Below are positions 1-6,105 of a DNA stretch of 10,685 bases, one piece after another. A program made the translations under genes and the position numbers. The notes beneath the pieces were generated by a model that worked only from the letters and a program-made list of their open reading frames with translations, ran no database searches and had not been told where the DNA came from. How positions within the stretch are numbered: position 1 is the first letter of the stretch; each line of letters starts with the position of its first letter. This stretch comes from PVC group bacterium (GTDB lineage: Bacteria; GCA-001730085; JADFSZ01), in contig JADFSZ010000045.1 of the NCBI GenBank assembly GCA_022560555.1, positions 1 through 10,685 of the forward strand, in the 5' to 3' direction.

Positions 1-740
1 AGAAAGATAAAATCTCTTTGTTTTGGAACGGATTGTGCCCCCCGCTTTTTATTATGGGATTGCTGGTAGGGATGGTTCTTTTGCAGCCGGATTTCGGGAC
101 GATGGTTTTGATGAGCGCTGTTTCTATTTTGATGCTCTTTGTCGGCGGGGCCCTCCTTAGGTATCTGGGGGCTCTGTTTATCGCCGTGTTGCCGGCTCTT
201 TATCTTGCCGTTTGGAACGTTCCGTATCGCAGGCAACGTGTGATGACATTTTTGGATCCGTGGAATGATCCGGGAGGGAGCGGGTATCAGGTAATCCAAT
301 CATTGGTTGCTTTGGGATCGGGGGGATTGTTTGGTGTCGGTTTGGGGCAAAGCCGCCAAAAGCTTTTTTATCTACCTGAAGCTCACACTGATTTTATCTT
401 TTCTATCATAGGTGAAGAAATTGGTTTGATCGGATCTTTGTCTATTATCGTTATCTTTTTATATCTATTTTGGAATGGGCTTATGATTGTCTGGAATACC
501 AAGGACCCTTTTGGCTATTATTTAGGTCTGGGGATTGTATCTCTTATTTGCCTTCAGACATTTATTCATATTGGTGTCGTTACAAACTCATTGCCTCCCA
601 AAGGGATCCCGCTACCGTTTATCAGTTTCGGCGGATCCTCTCTTGTGATCAATATGATTTCAATGGGGATTTTGATTAGTATCGGAAAACATCAGCCGGG
701 GTATCCATCCAAAAGGAGAAGAAAATTAAGTACGTTTTAA
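1..740 (+). CDS. ftsW: FtsW / SEDS-family cell-division peptidoglycan polymerase, C-terminal ~245 codons; 5' end lies outside the window
   Basis: Frame 3 is open from base 3 (KDKISLFWNG...), so the TTG at 18 in the ORF track is not the true start. SEDS hallmarks are present: QPDFGT, GSGYQVIQSLVALGSGGLFGVGLGQSRQK, YLPEAHTDFIFSIIGEEIG, and multiple hydrophobic TM segments. Stop TAA at 738-740. Its position directly upstream of murG supports FtsW rather than RodA. Confidence 0.9.
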   Translation, partial: KDKISLFWNGLCPPLFIMGLLVGMVLLQPDFGTMVLMSAVSILMLFVGGALLRYLGALFIAVLPALYLAVWNVPYRRQRVMTFLDPWNDPGGSGYQVIQSLVALGSGGLFGVGLGQSRQKLFYLPEAHTDFIFSIIGEEIGLIGSLSIIVIFLYLFWNGLMIVWNTKDPFGYYLGLGIVSLICLQTFIHIGVVTNSLPPKGIPLPFISFGGSSLVINMISMGILISIGKHQPGYPSKRRRKLSTF

Positions 741-1852
741 CAGGAGGAAAAACAGGGGGACATATTTTCCCTCTTGTGAGCTTTTGGGAATCTTTTCAAG
801 CGCTCAAGCCCCAATCAGAGGCCTTATGGCTGAGCATGCGGGGGGCATTGGAAGCGAAGGTGGCTGATCAGTACAATATTTCTTTAAGATACATTGCGAC
901 CCCCGGCCCGTCATCAAAGAAAAATGTTTTTGTACGTCTGATCCATCCTTTGAATCAAGGGATCAAAGTCTTGTGCGGATGCGCAAAAGTGCTATGGTGC
1001 TTTAGTCGTTTTCGCCCTCAATTTGTGTTTTCTTCGGGAAGTTTTGTCAGTATTCCCGTATTACTCGGATGCATGATTCTAGGAATCCCGTTTTTTATAC
1101 ATGAGCAAAATGTTGTTTTGGGCCGAACCAACAAAGTGTTTCGTCGCTTTGCCAAGGGCATGTTTTTCAGTTGGGACCATCCCGAATTGGAAAGCGATCA
1201 AAATCACCAATATGTTTGTGGTCTGCCGCTCAGAAAGTTAACGCAGCCGTCTGATCGGTTCGATCCAACGAAAAGATGTTTCCCTAAATCTAAACAGGTG
1301 ACCTTGCTTGTTGTCGGAGGGTCGCAAGGGGCCAGGGCCCTGAATTCCTTGGTATGTGACGCTCTCGTATATTTTCAAAAGGACCCCGAGTATGATTTTC
1401 GGTTTATTCATGTGACGGGAATGCCGGATTATCAGCGTGTAAAAGATTTTTACGATCACGCGCGGTGTTCCGGACATATTGTGGATTTTTGTGATGATGT
1501 CAGGGATCTGTATCAAAAAAGCGATTTGGTGATCGCACGTGCCGGAGCTTCGACATTAGCCGAAATTAATTCATGGGCCCTTCCTAGTATCCTTATCCCC
1601 ATCAAGCATTCGCTTGGTGATCATCAAATGAAAAATGCTCTATGGCAAAAAAAGCACAAGGCAGCCGAGGTTTTGGAGTATGATGTTTTAGAAGGTCGTG
1701 TGCTTTATGAAACCGTGCGTAGGATTTTGGATGACCCTCCACTTTATCAGTCCATGGCTCGCGAGAGTCATAAACTGTGCCATAAAAATGCGGCGCGAAA
1801 CATTGTTAAATATATTTTGGAAATAATGGATCAAGATGCTGAACAAAAATAA
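725..1852 (+). CDS. murG: MurG, UDP-GlcNAc:lipid I N-acetylglucosaminyltransferase (GT28); start revised upstream of the ORF-track GTG, proposed non-canonical ATT start
   Basis: GT28/MurG motifs: FFIHEQNVVLGRTNK, LLVVGGSQGARALN, VIARAGASTLAEI. The conserved N-terminal G-loop (LTGGKTGGHIFP, nt 737-772) is in the same frame but upstream of the GTG at 776. The frame is closed by TAG at 677-679, and there is no ATG/GTG/TTG between 680 and 775. ATT at 725 lies 6 nt after a perfect AAGGAG (713-718); ATC at 707 is the alternative. Product confidence is high; confidence in the exact start is about 0.5. Confidence 0.85.
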   Translation: MKYVLTGGKTGGHIFPLVSFWESFQALKPQSEALWLSMRGALEAKVADQYNISLRYIATPGPSSKKNVFVRLIHPLNQGIKVLCGCAKVLWCFSRFRPQFVFSSGSFVSIPVLLGCMILGIPFFIHEQNVVLGRTNKVFRRFAKGMFFSWDHPELESDQNHQYVCGLPLRKLTQPSDRFDPTKRCFPKSKQVTLLVVGGSQGARALNSLVCDALVYFQKDPEYDFRFIHVTGMPDYQRVKDFYDHARCSGHIVDFCDDVRDLYQKSDLVIARAGASTLAEINSWALPSILIPIKHSLGDHQMKNALWQKKHKAAEVLEYDVLEGRVLYETVRRILDDPPLYQSMARESHKLCHKNAARNIVKYILEIMDQDAEQK

Positions 1853-3260
1853 AACTGTTCATTTTGTGGGAATCGGAGGTATCGGCATGAGCGGCCTGGC
1901 CGAGATTTTGCATAATCTCGAATATCGGGTAACAGGCTCGGACCAGGTATCAACGAATTTAACCATGAGGCTTAAGGGAATGAATGTCCGGGTGTTCTTG
2001 AAACATCATCGTAAGCATGTGGTCGGTGCTGGTTTGGTCGTGATATCAAGCGCTATTTCTTCGGACAATATTGAAGTTCTGGAGGCCAAAAAGCGCAACA
2101 TACCCGTGATAACCCGCGGGGATCTCTTAGCCGATTTGGTTCGACTGAAACCTCGCGCGATTGCTGTTGCCGGCTCTCACGGAAAAACCACCACGACATC
2201 CATGATTGCTTCGATTTTGGATGTGGCCGATATTCATTCCACGATGATTGTGGGGGGTGTGTTACGGCGTAAAGGACGAAGCGCAAATTGGGGCAAAGGT
2301 CCTTATTTAGTTACGGAGACGGATGAGCATGACGGCTCATTTCTCAAGCTGGCTCCGACGATCAATGTTGTCACAAATATTGATCGCGAACATATTGCGT
2401 ATTATGGAAGTTTTCATAACATACAAAAGGCTTTTTTTGAGTTTATCCATAAAATCCCCTTCTATGGATTTAGTGTTCTTTGTCGGGAAGACCCTCGTAT
2501 CCGTTCAATGTTGAAAAATATCAGCGTGCCTTATGTCTCGTATGGCCTGGACTCCCAAAGCGATATTTATTCACGAAAGATAAAAATATCAAAAGATGTG
2601 TTTAAAATGCAAACACAGTTTGATGTTTTTAATAACAATAAAAATCTTGGCAAAATCGGCAGAATGGGTTCTATTCAGTTAAAAGCGATAGGTGAGCATA
2701 ATATTCTGAATGCACTCGCAAGTATTGCTGTTTCTTTGGGACTCGGGATCTCTTTTGATACTGTAAAGAAGGGGCTTTGTAAATTTGAAGGTGTTGAAAG
2801 AAGGCTCCAGATTAAGAAAATCGCGCACGGATGTTTGGTGATCGAAGATTATGCGCACCATCCAACGGAAATCAAGGCGACGATCCGGGCTGTCCGCCTT
2901 TTTGAAAAAAAACGTCTTATTGTTATTTTTCAGCCGCATTTGTACTCAAGAACTCGGGACCATCGGGAGGAATTTGCGAAAACCCTTGCTGTGGCAGATA
3001 TTGTGTTTATCACGTCTATCTACCCGGCGCGTGAAAAACCTATTCGCGGAGTCTCTGCCAGGCAGATTGTCCGCATGATATTAAAAAAGCATCCGGACAA
3101 GTCTGTTTTTTATGTGCGGGATAAAGAGCTGTTGCCGGATAAGGTTTTGAATATTTTAGAAAAAGATGATATTGTGCTTGTTATGGGAGCCGGAAATATT
3201 TATACTGTAACGGATAAGCTTTCCCGGTTTCTGGAAATCCAAGGTCTATCCTGTACCTAG
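1836..3260 (+). CDS. murC: MurC, UDP-N-acetylmuramate--L-alanine ligase
   Basis: 474 aa. N-terminal nucleotide-binding fold VHFVGIGGIGMSGLAEIL. Mur-ligase P-loop AVAGSHGKTTTTSMIA. TNIDREHIAYYGSF, GEHNILNALA and DYAHHPTEI are typical of MurC. The ATG overlaps the murG 3' end by 17 nt, and gene order follows the dcw cluster. Confidence 0.95.
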   Translation: MLNKNKTVHFVGIGGIGMSGLAEILHNLEYRVTGSDQVSTNLTMRLKGMNVRVFLKHHRKHVVGAGLVVISSAISSDNIEVLEAKKRNIPVITRGDLLADLVRLKPRAIAVAGSHGKTTTTSMIASILDVADIHSTMIVGGVLRRKGRSANWGKGPYLVTETDEHDGSFLKLAPTINVVTNIDREHIAYYGSFHNIQKAFFEFIHKIPFYGFSVLCREDPRIRSMLKNISVPYVSYGLDSQSDIYSRKIKISKDVFKMQTQFDVFNNNKNLGKIGRMGSIQLKAIGEHNILNALASIAVSLGLGISFDTVKKGLCKFEGVERRLQIKKIAHGCLVIEDYAHHPTEIKATIRAVRLFEKKRLIVIFQPHLYSRTRDHREEFAKTLAVADIVFITSIYPAREKPIRGVSARQIVRMILKKHPDKSVFYVRDKELLPDKVLNILEKDDIVLVMGAGNIYTVTDKLSRFLEIQGLSCT

Positions 3261-3278
3261 TCACATGAAAATATCTTC

Positions 3279-4235
3279 ATGAAAGAATATCCCATAATTG
3301 ATCGAACGAGTCATAAAGTGGCTGTGATGATGGGTGGGACATCTTCTGAAAAAGAAATATCCATCAATTCCGGAACGGCCATTGCCCAAGGGCTCAGTCA
3401 GCTCGGCTGGAAGATCACTCCGATGATCTTAGAGAACGACAGTATCACCCAGAGTGATTTGTCCGGGATTGATTGTGTGTTTATCGCTTTGCATGGTGGT
3501 TTTGGTGAGAACGGAGAGTTGCAAAGCGTTTTGGAAGAATGGGGCATTCCTTACACGGGATCAGGCCCTAAAGCGTGTCAAATTTGTATGAATAAAAAAA
3601 CGACGAAGGATTTATTGATAAAAGGAAATTTGCCCACACCTGATTTTATTGTGGCTCATAAACACCAACCCCTACCGATTTTAGATAATGTATTGTATCC
3701 AGTAGCTGTCAAACCTGTCGCGGAAGGCTCAAGCATCGGATTGACGTGTGTCAAAAAGTTTGCGGATCTTAAGGCCGCTCTTAAAAAAGCATGGGAGTTT
3801 GGAGAGGAAGCCCTCATTGAAACATGGATCGAAGGCCATGAAATTACGTTTGGTATCTTAGGTGAGGAGGCACTGCCCCTCGTAGAAATTTTATCTGCGG
3901 AAGAATTTTATAATTATACGGCAAAATATGATTCGCATTTAACACGCTATCTTGTTCCGGCTCCCCTTGAAGATCAAGAAACGGATATGATTCAGAAAAT
4001 GGGACTCGAAGCGTTTAAACTTTTAGGGTGCTATGGATACGCGCGCGTGGATATGCTGCTCACACCCGATATGAAGCCATATATTTTAGAATTAAACACG
4101 GTTCCGGGCTTTACGATGACAAGCCTTTTTCCTAAAGCTGCGCGCGCGGCTAATTTGAGTTTTGGTGAGCTGTGTGAACGTTTGATCATTCACGCTTTAG
4201 AGCGTCATCCGAAAGAACATGCTGATCAAAAATGA
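3279..4235 (+). CDS. ddl: D-alanine--D-alanine ligase (ATP-grasp)
   Basis: 318 aa. KVAVMMGGTSSEKEISINSG, FIALHGGFGENGELQSVLE, YPVAVKPVAEGSSIGL, GYARVDMLL and ILELNTVPGFT are classic Ddl/ATP-grasp motifs. It starts 18 nt after the murC stop. Confidence 0.95.
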   Translation: MKEYPIIDRTSHKVAVMMGGTSSEKEISINSGTAIAQGLSQLGWKITPMILENDSITQSDLSGIDCVFIALHGGFGENGELQSVLEEWGIPYTGSGPKACQICMNKKTTKDLLIKGNLPTPDFIVAHKHQPLPILDNVLYPVAVKPVAEGSSIGLTCVKKFADLKAALKKAWEFGEEALIETWIEGHEITFGILGEEALPLVEILSAEEFYNYTAKYDSHLTRYLVPAPLEDQETDMIQKMGLEAFKLLGCYGYARVDMLLTPDMKPYILELNTVPGFTMTSLFPKAARAANLSFGELCERLIIHALERHPKEHADQK

Positions 4236-4257
4236 CATTTGTAATTGAAGACTCCTC

Positions 4258-5004
4258 ATGAGAACGGCCCATCCAGCGCTTAATCAGAAAACATTCGCCA
4301 ATATTCCTAGGACGGGGGATGCCACTGATGTTATGACCATTCAAGGGACCGTTAATAAGACAGCCCTTTTGTTGGTTTTCGTTCTTTTAACAGCCTCCAT
4401 GACGTGGCGGAAATTTTTCCAGACAGGGACGGTTGAGGGAATTGTACCATGGATGATAGGCGGGATGATCTTAGGTCTCATTTTTGCCCTTATCACAATA
4501 TTTAAAAAAAATTTAGCTCCGGTGACAGCCCCGATCTACGCTTTGTGCGAAGGATTTTTTTAGGAGGAATATCGGCCGTTTTTGAAGCCCAATTTCCCGG
4601 AATTGTTCTTCAAGCTATCGGACTCACATTCGGAACCTTGTTTTGTCTCTTATTGGCCTATAAGTCGGGATTCATCAAGGCCACGGAAAATTTCAAGCTT
4701 GGAGTTGTTGCTGCGACAGGGGGGGATATGTTTCGTTTATCTTTTATCCATCATCCTGGGTTTTTTCGGCATTCATATGTCGTTTATTCATTCCAGCGGT
4801 CCGATGGGGATTGCGTTTAGTGCCTTTGTGGTTGTGATCGCGGCCCTCAATTTGGTTCTCGACTTTGACTTTATTGAAACTGCCAGCGAACAGAACCTTC
4901 CCCGTTATATGGAGTGGTACGGAGCGTTTGGGCTTGTTGTTACACTTGTTTGGCTTTATCTTGAGATTCTGCGCCTTCTGGCGAAATTGAGAGGCCGAAG
5001 ATAA
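4258..5004 (+). pseudogene. Bax-inhibitor-1-like / COG4760 (PF12811-type) integral membrane protein, interrupted by two compensating frameshifts (or two assembly errors)
   Basis: The family-typical sequence is spread over three frames. Frame 1, 4258-4563: MRTAHPALN...MTIQGTVNKTALLLVFVLL...APIYALCEGFF*. Frame 3, about 4560-4725: LGGISAVFEAQFPGIVLQAIGLTFGTLFCLLLAYKSGFIKATENFKLGVVAATGG. Frame 1, about 4726-5004: ICFVYLLSIILGFFG...LNLVLDFDFIETASEQNLPRYMEWYGAFGLVVTLVWLYLEILRLLAKLRGRR*. The switches coincide with a T7 run (4555-4561) and a G7 run (4719-4725). The total span is 747 nt, or 249 codons, and a joined read gives a 248-aa multi-TM protein of normal family length. Family assignment is from memory of conserved N-terminal MRxxNP and C-terminal DFDxIE...LVWLYLEILRLL patterns. 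Confidence 0.8.
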
Positions 5005-5020
5005 AGAAATCGGCATTTTT
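4994..5020 (+). terminator. Weak candidate rho-independent terminator closing the dcw/BI-1-like transcription unit
   Basis: GCCGA (4994-4998) pairs with TCGGC (5010-5014). The loop is 11 nt and contains the TAA stop, and the hairpin is followed by ATTTTT (5015-5020). The stem is only 5 bp and the loop is large, so support is modest. A 165-nt AT-rich spacer follows. Confidence 0.3.
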
Positions 5021-5169
5021 GCGAAACCTGCTGAAGATCCCGACAATAGTCTCATGATATCTCGAAGAGAGCCCGATAACATTTTATTTATAAACCTTTC
5101 TAATAGAAAATCTTATCAATATTTCTTGCCCCATGGTGATTTGGTATAGAGATTGCGTTTTATATTAAA

Positions 5170-6051
5170 ATGGTTCCGTCAATTCATAATCACACTCAGG
5201 CTCATCAAAACAAAAAAAGTCGAATTGTTGCCATCACAAGCGGAAAAGGGGGTGTCGGAAAGACGACTTTGTCGATCAACCTCGCACGCATACTGACAGA
5301 GCTTCAAAAGCGGGTACTGTTGATCGATGCGGACTTGGGTCTGGCCAATGTGGATATCCATTTGGGATTGCAGTCTCAATACACTCTTCAGGATGTCATT
5401 GGGGGAAGAAAAAAGTTTCAAGATATTGCTCTTGTCGTCAGTAATGGCTTTCGCGTTATTCCGGCCTCCTCCGGGGTGCAGAATCTGACGGATCTAAACC
5501 CGGAAGAACGGGATTTTTTGATCGGTGTTTTTCAAAAAGGCGCAGAATCAACGGATATTGTATTGTTGGATATCGGTGCCGGAATCGGAGCGAATGCCGT
5601 AAAATTTTCTCAGGCCTCCGATGAAGTTTTAGTTATTACGCATCCTGAGCCGGCTGCGATCACCGATGCTTACGCGATGATGAAAATTTTATGGACCGGA
5701 GCGCCCGATAAAAAAATTAGTTTTATTATGAATATGGTCCAAGTTGAGACAGAAGCCAAACGCATGGCCCAGAACCTCAAATCTGTTTGCCGCCAATTTC
5801 TCAATCATGATCCGGATTGTGTGGGGTTTTTACCCGTGGAGAGCAAAATGAGAACGGCTCTGGTAAAGAGGAAGGTGTTTGTGGAATTATATCCGGATTC
5901 TTTGTACGCGCAAAAGCTAAAAGAAGCTGCCTTTAAGTTCTTTTTTCATAAGAGTTTCGGCCCCATTGCAAGAGGATTTTCCGGGTTTATATCCAAATTG
6001 ATGAAGAAAATGGCCGGCTCCGGTATTGACATTCCCTCCGGCTCTGCCTAA
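5170..6051 (+). CDS. FlhG/FleN/MinD-family P-loop ATPase (ParA/MinD superfamily, deviant Walker A) with a C-terminal amphipathic helix
   Basis: 293 aa. Deviant Walker A ITSGKGGVGKTT, with signature Lys26 and P-loop Lys31. Switch region LLIDADLGLANVDIHLGLQSQYTLQDVIGG is closer to FlhG/FleN (COG0455) than to canonical MinD. Walker B-like IVLLDIGAG. The C-terminal RGFSGFISKLMKKM (nt 5971-6012) has an i, i+3, i+4, i+7 hydrophobic periodicity like MinD/FlhG membrane-targeting helices. There is no obvious SD, and no minC/minE/flhF neighbour in the window. Confidence 0.8.
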   Translation: MVPSIHNHTQAHQNKKSRIVAITSGKGGVGKTTLSINLARILTELQKRVLLIDADLGLANVDIHLGLQSQYTLQDVIGGRKKFQDIALVVSNGFRVIPASSGVQNLTDLNPEERDFLIGVFQKGAESTDIVLLDIGAGIGANAVKFSQASDEVLVITHPEPAAITDAYAMMKILWTGAPDKKISFIMNMVQVETEAKRMAQNLKSVCRQFLNHDPDCVGFLPVESKMRTALVKRKVFVELYPDSLYAQKLKEAAFKFFFHKSFGPIARGFSGFISKLMKKMAGSGIDIPSGSA

Positions 6052-6105
6052 TATACAAGTTTAAATAGCCCTCCAATATAAACCAGAAACAAGAAGCTAG
6101 AACAT

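Noticed and set aside
690-742. FtsW-MurG fusion by frameshifting across the 3' end of ftsW
   Set aside because: No X XXY YYZ slippery pattern is in register in the ftsW frame there, and FtsW ends with a plausible basic cytoplasmic tail (KRRRKLSTF*). Independent initiation at ATT 725 behind AAGGAG is the simpler explanation.
4545-4820. ORF 4545-4820 as a stand-alone 91-aa gene
   Set aside because: Only its central part (about 4560-4725) matches the BI-1-like family. Its N-terminus (MRRIF) and its tail after the G7 run (DMFRLSFIHHPGFFRHSYVV...) are out-of-frame readings of the same gene. It is better explained as the middle segment of one frameshifted gene.
5097-5150. Possible regulatory elements upstream of the FlhG/MinD-like gene: inverted repeat TTTCTA-a-TAGAAA (5097-5109) and extended -10-like TGgTATAGA (5142-5150)
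   Set aside because: A 6-bp inverted repeat and a lone -10-like hexamer are expected by chance in a 165-nt AT-rich spacer. The nearest -35-like TTGCCC (5126-5131) is only 13 nt from the -10. Support is not strong enough to call as features.
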